From NCBI GenBank assembly GCA_964585065.1, contig CAZPCB010000001.1, forward strand, positions 162,866-226,865: a DNA stretch of 64,000 bases, read 5' to 3'. The stretch's first letter is position 1. The number at the start of each line of letters is the position of its first letter. This stretch comes from an uncultured Candidatus Saccharibacteria bacterium (lineage in GTDB: Bacteria; Patescibacteriota; Minisyncoccia; SW-4-49-11). A model generated the notes under the pieces. It worked only from the letters and a program-made list of their open reading frames with translations, had not been told where the DNA came from and ran no database searches. Positions 23,130 to 32,481 of this stretch are shown here, in pieces. A program made the translations under genes and the position numbers.

Positions 23130-24023
23130 TTAAGCTTTTTCAATAATACGGAGTTTTGCAGAACGAGATCTTGGATTCGCGCCTATTTCCTCATCTGTTG
23201 GAGTAATAGGCTTTTTGGTGAGAATATTCACCCAACCCTGTTCTCGCCATTCACGAAATGTTTGTTTTACAATTCTATCCTCCCCAGAATGAAAAGATAC
23301 AATAGCTAGTCTCCCTGCTGAATTTAATAAGGGAAGAGAAGATGAAAGTAGAGACCTAAGCGCCCCAATCTCATCATTTACTTCCATTCTCAAAGCCTGA
23401 AATACTCGAGTAGCAGGATGAATAGATTTTTTGGCAAATTTCTTTGGTACAATAGATACAATAATATCAGCTAATTCTTGAGTAGTTTCAATTCTTTTTA
23501 TTTTACGAGACTCTACAATAACACGTGCAATACGCCCTGAAAATGGTTCATCTCCAAGATTTTTGAATAACTCTGTAAGCTCATCCTGAGTATATGTATT
23601 TACGATATCCTCTGCAGTTAAATCTTGAGATTCAATATCAAATCGCATATCAAGAGGAGCATTTTCTCTAAAACTAAATCCTCGAGAACTATCATCTAAT
23701 TCCATTGATGAGAGACCCAAATCGGCTACAATACCATCAACTGCCACTATATTAATTTCTCCTAATATTCGCTCTATATACCGAAAATTACTATGCTTTA
23801 AGATAATTCTATCTCCATATTCAGCCAAGCTTTCCTCAGCAATAGCAAGAGCACTACTGTCAGCATCCAAACCAATAACTTTACCTGTAGCAAGCGTATC
23901 TGCAATAGCTCGTGTATATCCACCTAGCCCCACTGTGGCATCAACATATATACCATTATCTCGAATAGCAAGAGCCTCGATAGCTTCATTTTTTAAAACT
24001 GGAATATGACTAAATTCTGACAT
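23130..24023 (-). CDS. rsmH: 16S rRNA (cytosine1402-N4)-methyltransferase RsmH (MraW)
   Basis: HIPVLKNEAIEAL...GIYVDATVGLGGYT SAM-binding motif. Confidence 0.9.
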   Translation of the reverse strand: MSEFSHIPVLKNEAIEALAIRDNGIYVDATVGLGGYTRAIADTLATGKVIGLDADSSALAIAEESLAEYGDRIILKHSNFRYIERILGEINIVAVDGIVADLGLSSMELDDSSRGFSFRENAPLDMRFDIESQDLTAEDIVNTYTQDELTELFKNLGDEPFSGRIARVIVESRKIKRIETTQELADIIVSIVPKKFAKKSIHPATRVFQALRMEVNDEIGALRSLLSSSLPLLNSAGRLAIVSFHSGEDRIVKQTFREWREQGWVNILTKKPITPTDEEIGANPRSRSAKLRIIEKA

Positions 24024-24025
24024 AT

Positions 24026-24457
24026 TTATACTCCTAAATCTGCTAATTGTTCTGCAATTTCTCCAGATTCTGCCTCAGTACGCTCTTTATAAGCTTTCCA
24101 CGATACCTCATCCCAAATTTCAAGCCTATCATATAATCCAGTTACAATAACTTTTTTCCCTAATTTAGCATAATCACGAAGATAATCAGGTAATACTACT
24201 CTGCCCTGTTTATCCAGAGAAACATCCATGGCTCCCGCTAACATTAATCGACTAAAAGCTCTATTATTGGTGCTACTAATTGGAAGTTTACTAAGTTTTG
24301 TAGCCAATTCTTTCCAAGATTCATAGGTATATACCCAAAGACAATTATCTAATCCCTTAGTCACAACAAGACCAGCCTTCAAGTCTTCTTGAAATTTCTT
24401 TGGGATGGCTAGCCTTCCCTTATCATCAATATTGTGGCTGTATTCTCCTATGAACAT
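24026..24457 (-). CDS. mraZ: Transcriptional regulator MraZ
   Basis: MFIGEYSHNIDDKGRLAIPKKF with duplicated SpoVT/AbrB-like halves. Confidence 0.85.
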   Translation of the reverse strand: MFIGEYSHNIDDKGRLAIPKKFQEDLKAGLVVTKGLDNCLWVYTYESWKELATKLSKLPISSTNNRAFSRLMLAGAMDVSLDKQGRVVLPDYLRDYAKLGKKVIVTGLYDRLEIWDEVSWKAYKERTEAESGEIAEQLADLGV

Positions 24458-24588
24458 ATATTCACCATTTATTTCCACTTTTTACCACTTTCTACCATTA
24501 TATAGGTATTTTCTCCCCCCGTCAATAAAAACTTATCCACAATAGACAAAATAAAACAGGCATGCCAATACGACATACCCTGTTTGTA

Positions 24589-24867
24589 CTAAAGATAAAT
24601 TGTGCTACCTTTTATCTTACCAGCCTCATATATACCCCATTCACATATATCCTCATATTGTACCTGAGCTTTAAAAGCTTTAATTATATCTGTTGTAGTT
24701 GGGTACTTAGATATTAATAAACCTCTTACCTCAAGTTTTAGACTTAATATTTGCTTTTGTAATATTGAAAAATCTTCTTTGTTCCATCTCTCTTGCAATG
24801 GAATTGTCGGGGCTAAAGAAGGCTTCGCAAGAACTTCTCTTTGTTCATTGACTTTTCCCGTATACAT
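24589..24867 (-). CDS. Hypothetical protein (92 aa)
   Basis: ORF only. No recognisable motif. Confidence 0.3.
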   Translation of the reverse strand: MYTGKVNEQREVLAKPSLAPTIPLQERWNKEDFSILQKQILSLKLEVRGLLISKYPTTTDIIKAFKAQVQYEDICEWGIYEAGKIKGSTIYL

Positions 24868-24925
24868 AAAAGTTTGCGAGGAACAAGCTCACTATACACA
24901 GTCTACAGTTTTTTGTCAACTAACA

Positions 24926-27121
24926 CTATTTCTTAGCACTCGCTTTTTTCTTAGGTGCCGACTTCTTCACAGTACTAGATTTCTTTTTACTTTTTGCAAT
25001 ATAATTACCTACTTGTTTCTTGGCTCCCTCTATATATTTACAATCTGGATATCTGTTACAAGCTTTGAATGGCCCTCGCTTTCCTTTTTTGAATACCATA
25101 TCCCCCACACCACATTCTGGACATTTTTCTCCTGTTTTATGCTCAATTTTTTTAATTGTTTTACAAGTGGGATAATTAGAACATCCCAAAAATGGTCCAA
25201 ATCTTCCAGATTTAACTTCCATTATTCCATCTACACAATTAAGGCATTTTTCTCCTCCAAAATCTGCTTGTAATTGTTTTTCTTCATCACTTTGCTCAGT
25301 ATATTTACATTCAGGATAATTAGTACAAGCTATGAATTTACCAAATTTACTTCGCTTTATTTCAAGCTGACTTCCACATTCAGGACAAGGTCTATCTTCA
25401 ATAATATCACGATGCCGCTCTACACTTTTTTCCTTATCTTTCAAATTGGTAGCAAATGGTATATAAAAATCTGCCATTGTTTTTTGATAACTATCTTTAC
25501 CTATTGCAATTTCATCAAATTGCTCTTCTACTTTAGCGGTAAAATCAATATCTACAATTTGTGGGAAATGCTGTACCAACATATCGGTTACTACTTTCCC
25601 AATATCAGTTGGAGCAAATCGTCTATCATCATTTTTAATAACATATCCCCGAGTCTGAATAGTAGATATAATTGAAGCATAGGTAGATGGCCGTCCAATT
25701 GCATTTGTCTCGAGTGCTTTTACCAAACTACTTTCACTATAACGAGCTGGGGGTTGAGTAAAATGCTGTTCTCCTCTAATATCCTGAGTTGTCAGAGTCT
25801 CACCTTGATTAATATGAGGAAGCAATACATCTTCTGACTTAATATCATATACTCGCATAAATCCATCAAAGACCAAAGATTTTCCTGTAGCGGTAAATGT
25901 ATAATTCTCCGATTCAGTATCGGTAATTGCTACATTCATAGTATCAAATAAAGCTGGTTTCATTTGACTGGCCATAAAACGCCCCCAAATAAGACTATAT
26001 AATTTGTATTGCTTATCATCGAGATACGGTTTAACATCTTCCGGTGTAAGACTTGGGTCTGTCGGACGAATAGCCTCATGAGCTTCTTGCGCATTTTTAG
26101 CCTTTGTTTTAAATTGTCTCACCTGATAATATTTCTCTCCAAATTGTTGAGTGATTTGAGTTTTTGCAGCTGCAATTGCCTGACCAGATAAATTGGTAGA
26201 ATCAGTTCTCATATAGGTAATAAGTCCAGTTTGTCCTTTTGCCCCCAGAGATACACCTTCATATAATTGCTGAGCTACCATCATAGTTTGCTTAGCAGAA
26301 AAATATAATCTTCTTGCCCCATCTTGCTGTAGGGATGAAGTAATAAAAGGAGGATATGGATTTCGAGATACAGATTTATTCTCTATTGATTTTACCTTAT
26401 AGGATAATGATTGCAGCCCCGCCACCAAATTTTGTGATTCACTTTCTGTCTTATAAGCAAATTTATCTAGGCGTTTTCCTCCAATATGTGTAAGATTGGC
26501 AGGAATATCAAGAGAAGTATCATTACTCAAAAAAACTCCCTCAATAGACCAATATTCTTGGGCCTGAAAGGCTTCAATTTCTCTCTCCCTATCTACTATT
26601 AAGCGAAGAGCCACAGATTGCACTCGCCCAGCAGATAAGCCTCGCTGTACTTTTTGCCATAAAAACGGGGATAATTTATATCCAACCAAACGATCCAAAG
26701 CTCGCCTGGCTTGCTGAGCATCAACCAAATTAATATCAATATGGCGAGGATTTGCTAAGGCTTTTTGAATAGCAGATTCCGTAATTTCATGAAATACCAT
26801 TCTTTTAGCAGTTTCAGGTTTTAATTTCAAAATATGTGCCAAATGCCAAGATATAGCTTCTCCCTCTCGGTCTTCATCAGTTGCAAGTATTACCTCCCCG
26901 CTCATTTTAGCTAATTTTTTGAGCTCGGTTACTGTCTTCTTTGCTTTAGCTGGAATTTCATAGGTAATATCAAAATTCTCATCAGGATCAACCCCAATTT
27001 TAGATTTTGGCAAATCACGAATATGCCCCATAGAAGAAATAACCGTATAATCTCTTCCCAGAAATTTACCAATTGTTTTTGCCTTTGTGGGAGACTCTAC
27101 AATAATCAGAGCTTTGGACAT
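24926..27121 (-). CDS. topA: DNA topoisomerase I with three C-terminal C4 zinc fingers and Lys-rich tail
   Basis: MSKALIIVESPTKAKTIGKFLG Toprim start, catalytic-core length, zf-C4_Topoisom repeats (CPECGS...C..YPECKY). Confidence 0.95.
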   Translation of the reverse strand: MSKALIIVESPTKAKTIGKFLGRDYTVISSMGHIRDLPKSKIGVDPDENFDITYEIPAKAKKTVTELKKLAKMSGEVILATDEDREGEAISWHLAHILKLKPETAKRMVFHEITESAIQKALANPRHIDINLVDAQQARRALDRLVGYKLSPFLWQKVQRGLSAGRVQSVALRLIVDREREIEAFQAQEYWSIEGVFLSNDTSLDIPANLTHIGGKRLDKFAYKTESESQNLVAGLQSLSYKVKSIENKSVSRNPYPPFITSSLQQDGARRLYFSAKQTMMVAQQLYEGVSLGAKGQTGLITYMRTDSTNLSGQAIAAAKTQITQQFGEKYYQVRQFKTKAKNAQEAHEAIRPTDPSLTPEDVKPYLDDKQYKLYSLIWGRFMASQMKPALFDTMNVAITDTESENYTFTATGKSLVFDGFMRVYDIKSEDVLLPHINQGETLTTQDIRGEQHFTQPPARYSESSLVKALETNAIGRPSTYASIISTIQTRGYVIKNDDRRFAPTDIGKVVTDMLVQHFPQIVDIDFTAKVEEQFDEIAIGKDSYQKTMADFYIPFATNLKDKEKSVERHRDIIEDRPCPECGSQLEIKRSKFGKFIACTNYPECKYTEQSDEEKQLQADFGGEKCLNCVDGIMEVKSGRFGPFLGCSNYPTCKTIKKIEHKTGEKCPECGVGDMVFKKGKRGPFKACNRYPDCKYIEGAKKQVGNYIAKSKKKSSTVKKSAPKKKASAKK

Positions 27122-27175
27122 ATAGTATATATTTAATTCTCTAGTAGTCTATATTGGATTATCTATTTCGTCAAA

Positions 27176-28297
27176 TTATGACTTTAATATACTATACATT
27201 TGCCTACTAGTATTATTCCAATCAAAATCAAGACTACGCTTGAGTCCAAGCTCTTTATAATATGTATGTATTGTATTATCTGTAAGTAAAGTATGCATGA
27301 TATCAGCTAATTCTAATACATCATAAGGGGAGGTTTTATAGGCCGCATCAAGGACAATTTCAGGAAAAGCTGAATTATTAGCTACAATTGTCGGAGTACC
27401 AGAAGCCATAGCCTCTAAAGGAGGGAAGCCAAAACCTTCATATAAAGATGGATATACAAAAATTTGTGCCAAATGATATACAATTGCTTTATCTTCAACT
27501 TCTACAAAACCTATTCTCAATATTCTATCTCGATAGGGAGATTTGTCTATAATAGTATGTATTTGATGGTATAACCAACCGTTTACCCCTGCTATTACCA
27601 GACATATATCTTTATCTTTAGTTGCTAACTTCTCAAAAGCTTGTATTAATAATTGTATATTTTTCCTAGGCTCAATAGTCCCTAAATATAATATATAGCG
27701 TTCAGGTAATTGATAGCGTTGTTTTACTCTTTGTATGGCATCTTGCTGTATGGCTTTGCGAAATAATGGATCAATACCTGAATAAATAACCTGAATTTTT
27801 TCTGGATTTACTTGATACATATCTATTAAATCTCTTTTAGTAGACTCAGATACTGCAATGATGGCATTTGCTCTTTTGAGAAGTTTATCTATACCAATAT
27901 ATTGATGCCATAATCGCATACGTCGAGAGAATACTTCGGGTAAAATACGAAAAGCAATATCATGTACGGTTAATATCAATTCAGTTTCTGGACTTATTGA
28001 TGTAATATTCCAATTGGGCATCCAAATTTTTTTAGGACTTCTCGTGAATAGACTATCTATATAGGGCTGTGAGGCTAATTTTAATGATATATTCAACATT
28101 TTATTGGGGTAAGGCACCCAATTATCCTTAATTCCCTCTATACCAGGATTTTGCTTTAATCCTGTAGACAAAGTTTCTAAATGTAAATCTGAATATTGAC
28201 TAAGAGCTTGAGTGATATGCTGTGTATATTCTCCGACCCCTCCTTTAAAACCATCTCTAATCCCTCGGGCGTCTATGCCAATATTCATTTTTTCCAA
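27176..28297 (-). CDS. Glycosyltransferase family 4 (GT-B)
   Basis: EGFGFPPLEAMASGTPTIVANNSAFPEIV EX7E-type motif. Confidence 0.75.
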   Translation of the reverse strand: MEKMNIGIDARGIRDGFKGGVGEYTQHITQALSQYSDLHLETLSTGLKQNPGIEGIKDNWVPYPNKMLNISLKLASQPYIDSLFTRSPKKIWMPNWNITSISPETELILTVHDIAFRILPEVFSRRMRLWHQYIGIDKLLKRANAIIAVSESTKRDLIDMYQVNPEKIQVIYSGIDPLFRKAIQQDAIQRVKQRYQLPERYILYLGTIEPRKNIQLLIQAFEKLATKDKDICLVIAGVNGWLYHQIHTIIDKSPYRDRILRIGFVEVEDKAIVYHLAQIFVYPSLYEGFGFPPLEAMASGTPTIVANNSAFPEIVLDAAYKTSPYDVLELADIMHTLLTDNTIHTYYKELGLKRSLDFDWNNTSRQMYSILKS

Positions 28298-28878
28298 TAA
28301 TATTCTTTGATAGCAGCTATACTAACACCTAATGCAAAGGCAAGAACAAGACCTCCTAGAGCAAAGAAAATAGGATTATATTCTTTTTGTCGTATAACAG
28401 GATCTCCTACACGAATAGTATAGTCTTGAATATCACGAGTTTCAATATATGAACCAATACTACTATTAATAGCTTCAGTTAAACTCCCACCTAATGCAGA
28501 ATCTTTAACACCAAATCGAATTTCTACAAGATTTGCTGAAATTTGTTCTGGAGTAAATACACGGCGAAAATCTTTTACTGACAATTGATCTAAATCAGAT
28601 TTATCTGCATTTTTCAATACATCTTCTACAAAACTTGGGGTTACAAACCAACTTTCTACGCTTTTAGCAAATAATTCTGTTGCCTGTATGGCATAATATC
28701 CATCATATGTATAAAACTTATCTGTTGGTACAGCTTTTCTTTCTATATCAAGAGAAAGGGATACATCATATGATATTGGTAATAGTTTGGTAATGGCAAG
28801 ACCAATACTTGCACCAACAATAGTAATAATTGCCAGGAAAAGAGCGTATTTTTTGAAAAAGTTACGATATATACTCAT
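28285..28878 (-). CDS. Wzz/chain-length-determinant-like bitopic membrane protein (TM - periplasmic domain - TM)
   Basis: 197 aa. Topology and position between two GT4 genes. Confidence 0.4.
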   Translation of the reverse strand: MSIYRNFFKKYALFLAIITIVGASIGLAITKLLPISYDVSLSLDIERKAVPTDKFYTYDGYYAIQATELFAKSVESWFVTPSFVEDVLKNADKSDLDQLSVKDFRRVFTPEQISANLVEIRFGVKDSALGGSLTEAINSSIGSYIETRDIQDYTIRVGDPVIRQKEYNPIFFALGGLVLAFALGVSIAAIKEYYWKK

Positions 28879-28901
28879 ATCTCTATATTATTAATCATCT
28901 A

Positions 28902-29996
28902 TTACATAATATCATATTGCTCCAAAAAGGTATAGAACTGATGTTTGAAAGCATCCCGCGAAAATTGTTGAGCATGATTGTGAATAGCTAGCGAGTCAAA
29001 AGTCATTTTCTCAAATCGACTTACAGCCTCAGAAACAGATTCCGCAGTCTGTTCATCAAAAAAGACTCCCGTCTCCCCATCTTTTACCGTCTCCAGAGCA
29101 CCCCCACGACCATAAGCAATAACAGGTTTACCAGCTGCCATTGCCTCTACAGGAACTATACCAAAATCATCTTCTGAAGCAAATATAAAGGCTTTAGCTC
29201 CCTTGAATTGTTCTCGAGCTTCTTCATCATTCATACGACCTAAGAATACAATATTAGATTTCCCCTTCGCAATTGACTTTAATTTAGCCTCATCTGGACC
29301 TGAGCCTACAATATGTAAAGGCTTACCATTTTTAACAAAAGCTTCAATTACAATATCATAATGTTTATAGGGTAGAAATCTTCCCAACATCAAATAATAT
29401 TCCCCTTTTTGATCTGGATCAAAATCAATTTCAGTATTTACAGGAGGATATAATACGGTTGAATCAGCTCCATAATATTTTTTAATTCGGGCCGCAACAT
29501 TATGAGAATTGGCAATATAATAATCAACTCTATCTGAAGAAATTTTATCCCACATACGAATATAATTCATTGCAAAAGGTAAAAAAGGTCTTATTAAAGG
29601 AGAGTATTGAAATTCCTTAAAATATCTATGATAATCATCCCATGCATATCGCATAGGAGTATGACAATAACAAATATGTATAGCATCGGGTCTCGTAATC
29701 ACTCCTTTTGTATAGCTATTAGAAGAAGATATTACCACATCATAAGCACTCAAATCTAAATCCTCTACTGCTAATGGCATAAGAATAGGGAAAATTCTAT
29801 GATGCGTTTTTGCGAATGGTAAATTTTGTAGAAAAGAGGTTCTAATTGTCTTATCACTAAAAGCCCCATACAATTGACTAGAATCATGTATCAAGGTATA
29901 TATAGGAGCCTTAGGAAACATTTCACTCAAGACTTCTAATACTCTCTCGGCACCTCCATATTGAACCATATAATCATGAACCAATGCTACTCGCAT
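28902..29996 (-). CDS. Glycosyltransferase family 4 (GT-B)
   Basis: DDFGIVPVEAMAAGKPVIAYGRGGALETVKDGETGVFF. Confidence 0.75.
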   Translation of the reverse strand: MRVALVHDYMVQYGGAERVLEVLSEMFPKAPIYTLIHDSSQLYGAFSDKTIRTSFLQNLPFAKTHHRIFPILMPLAVEDLDLSAYDVVISSSNSYTKGVITRPDAIHICYCHTPMRYAWDDYHRYFKEFQYSPLIRPFLPFAMNYIRMWDKISSDRVDYYIANSHNVAARIKKYYGADSTVLYPPVNTEIDFDPDQKGEYYLMLGRFLPYKHYDIVIEAFVKNGKPLHIVGSGPDEAKLKSIAKGKSNIVFLGRMNDEEAREQFKGAKAFIFASEDDFGIVPVEAMAAGKPVIAYGRGGALETVKDGETGVFFDEQTAESVSEAVSRFEKMTFDSLAIHNHAQQFSRDAFKHQFYTFLEQYDIM

Positions 29997-30051
29997 AATA
30001 TATTCTCTCTTAATTTCTATATAGTATGCCGTTTTTTAAGTCTTTCGTCAA

Positions 30052-30798
30052 TTACACCCCAATTAAAGTTCCAATCACAAAAGCAATACTAGCTGATAGA
30101 CTTCCCACTAGCAATGTTTCACCCAAAGCTCGAGTTAATCCATATCCTACAACTTTCCATCTTAATAATCCTAGCAATATCAAAGCAACTATTACCCCTG
30201 AAACAGATATTACAAAGGCCTGTGTAGCGTCCCAAGACCCAGATACGAAAGGAATAAGTGGAATAAAACCAAAGAATAAGAATGCAAATATGGTAGCAAT
30301 AGCAGAAAAAATTGGATTAGTATCACCAGGATTTGGAATATCATGATATTCTTGCATTACCCATTCAATACCAAATTCTGGATTTTTATGAAATAATTTT
30401 ACAATTTCCTGAGCATCTTTGGTAGTAAATCCCTTTTCTTCTAATTTTTCCTGTATACGATTCCCAAATGATTCAGTATTAGACTCCAAATGTTTTAATT
30501 CTTCCTCATAAGTTGTATTATATAAATCCTCTTGTGATCTAAGCGACATATAGTCCCCAAGTCCCATAGACATAGCATCAGAGAATAAATTAGCTAATCC
30601 AAATAATACTACTGTCCCAATAGTAAGCCCCACAATATTAGATCCAGATACATTAGCCCCCGTAAAGCCTGCTACTACCGCAAAAGTAGTAACAATTCCA
30701 TCACTACCACCATATACTATTTCTCGTAAATAATGTTGAGCAATATATCCCCTTGCTTTTTTGCGAGATTTTTTCCAACGTTTCCAAATTCCACCCAT
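30052..30798 (-). CDS. VIT1/CCC1 family iron/manganese transporter
   Basis: IVYGGSDGIVTTFAVVAGFTGA motif followed by 5 TM segments. Confidence 0.7.
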   Translation of the reverse strand: MGGIWKRWKKSRKKARGYIAQHYLREIVYGGSDGIVTTFAVVAGFTGANVSGSNIVGLTIGTVVLFGLANLFSDAMSMGLGDYMSLRSQEDLYNTTYEEELKHLESNTESFGNRIQEKLEEKGFTTKDAQEIVKLFHKNPEFGIEWVMQEYHDIPNPGDTNPIFSAIATIFAFLFFGFIPLIPFVSGSWDATQAFVISVSGVIVALILLGLLRWKVVGYGLTRALGETLLVGSLSASIAFVIGTLIGV

Positions 30799-30882
30799 AT
30801 TTTTATATTATAGCTTTATTTGAGTATAACATATAAGTTATATATACAAAATACTAAATATATGCTATAATATATCTCATTA

Positions 30883-30969
30883 GGAAGTGTGGCTGAGCGG
30901 TTGAAGGCGGCAGTCTTGAAAACTGTTGTAGGTTTACCCCTACCAGAGGTTCGAATCCTCTCACTTCCG
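30883..30969 (+). tRNA. tRNA-Ser (anticodon TGA), type II with long variable arm
   Basis: GGAAGTG acceptor, anticodon loop CTTGAAA, variable hairpin GTAGG..CCTAC, T-arm AGAGG-TTCGAAT-CCTCT. No CCA encoded. Confidence 0.9.
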
Positions 30970-31157
30970 CATATATTTTTATCTTTTGGTATTTATGCCA
31001 AAAGATAAAAATAATATTTGAAGAAGTGACAGAGAGCAATAGCATTGCTCTCGTGAGGATGAGAAAGTCGGAGCCCGGTGTGAGTTTGTGCTATGCACAA
31101 GGCGAACACGGCGAGACGGGGTCGCGAGAATTTTCCGTCAGGAAAATTACTTGTGAC

Positions 31158-31176
31158 CGAATCCTCTCACTTCCGC
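31158..31176 (+). repeat. 19-bp exact direct repeat of the tRNA-Ser(TGA) 3' end (att-like)
   Basis: cgaatcctctcacttccgc is identical at 30952-30970 and 31158-31176. The intervening 187 bp is GC-richer and contains hairpins (30977-31010; 31031-31052). Confidence 0.7.
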
Positions 31177-31210
31177 TAAAATTCTATATATTAGAATACA
31201 TAATATCTAT

Positions 31211-31624
31211 ATGTCAAAAAAGTTATTTCATGGCTCTTGCCACTGTGCTCGAATAAAGTATGATCTGTATTTAGACGTAAACCATCATACCAATAAATGT
31301 AATTGTACATTTTGTCAAAAAAATTCTTTTTGGTCTGCCAAAGTGCCTATATCAGATTTTGTATTACATAAAAATCAAGAGACCAAGAAAGTATATACAA
31401 ACGGTATAGAGTATGGATATTTTGTATTTTGCGACCATTGTGGTTGTATGTTATTTGGCTACTCGCCTAAATCAGATTGGGGGGAAGAATGCTACTCGAT
31501 CAGAATCCATACGATTGATGATATTTCAATTGAAGAAATGAATACCATGCCGATCAAATATTACGACGGAAAGTCTGATACGTGGGCAGAAATTACCGAT
31601 CTAGAAATTATTAAAACATTATGA
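31211..31624 (+). CDS. GFA (glutathione-dependent formaldehyde-activating / CENP-V-like) family zinc protein
   Basis: HGSCHC..........C.C..C.K....DHCGC Cys pattern. Confidence 0.55.
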   Translation: MSKKLFHGSCHCARIKYDLYLDVNHHTNKCNCTFCQKNSFWSAKVPISDFVLHKNQETKKVYTNGIEYGYFVFCDHCGCMLFGYSPKSDWGEECYSIRIHTIDDISIEEMNTMPIKYYDGKSDTWAEITDLEIIKTL

Positions 31625-31888
31625 AAAATAATCAAACTTAGGGGACATAAAAGACTATATTATATTTATACTACTTATGAATAAAAAATACCATTCTCTT
31701 GAATCCATGTTGGAGCTTATTGAAGAGCCAAATCGTTTCGCTTGTATGTCATATATAAAATGAGTATAATAGAAAAGTAGATAACTTAATAAATTTACTC
31801 TGGCCTTATATATCCTGGTATTTGCTGAAATATATATTTTGCCTTTCAGCCAATACATTTTAAACTATTTTAGGAGATATTATTTGGT

Positions 31889-32467
31889 ATGAATCAATAC
31901 AATAGAAGCAAAAAAGGCAAACTACTTTCTTTTGGGAGTGAACATCTTGTTTACTCCTATGATGTTGATAAAGTAATTAAATTTTCACTTATCCATTTTT
32001 TTTACGGCAAAAAGAAAGGGCTTCAGTGGGCTCATAAAGAGCTTGAAATAAGTAAAAAATATTTTGGTGAATTTCTTTTAAATACTGAAATTGTTATTTC
32101 ACAAAATAAGCGCTATTTTGCACAACTTCAACCAAAAATTACCGAACATCATCTGACGACAAAAGATCTCGATAATAAAATTTTATATCAGCAATTCCTA
32201 AAAATTGTTGATTGCTATCACCAGATGTGTAAAGATGGACAACCTGAGATTGATTTAATAGGTCAAAAAGGTATTTTCCAAAAATGTATGAGTAATATAT
32301 TTGTTTTAAATAATAATCAGCTAGTCATCATGGATGCGACATTATTTAATACCAGATGTCCTATTATTCTCAAGCCAATAATTACTTTTCTTCGCTATCT
32401 GGTCTTGCCAATACAAAATCGCAGAATAAATCAATTCCTGACTCAAAAAGGTAATAAAATAAGCTAA
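31889..32467 (+). CDS. Hypothetical protein, possibly small kinase-like fold (YrbL/Kdo-kinase-like)
   Basis: Gly-rich loop plus lysine (SFGSEHLVYSYDVDKVIKF) and a later N....D segment (NIFVLNNNQLVIMDATLF). Weak. Confidence 0.3.
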   Translation: MNQYNRSKKGKLLSFGSEHLVYSYDVDKVIKFSLIHFFYGKKKGLQWAHKELEISKKYFGEFLLNTEIVISQNKRYFAQLQPKITEHHLTTKDLDNKILYQQFLKIVDCYHQMCKDGQPEIDLIGQKGIFQKCMSNIFVLNNNQLVIMDATLFNTRCPIILKPIITFLRYLVLPIQNRRINQFLTQKGNKIS

Positions 32468-32481
32468 AGAAAAACCTATAT

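Noticed and set aside
24779-25675. ORFs 24779-25273 and 25274-25675 (+)
   Set aside because: Antisense to the well-supported topA gene, with low-complexity hydrophobic translation typical of shadow ORFs in AT-rich DNA.
30026-30346. ORF 30026-30346 (+), and 30854-31045 / 31026-31256
   Set aside because: Antisense to the VIT1 gene or overlapping tRNA-Ser(TGA) and its repeat region. Spurious.
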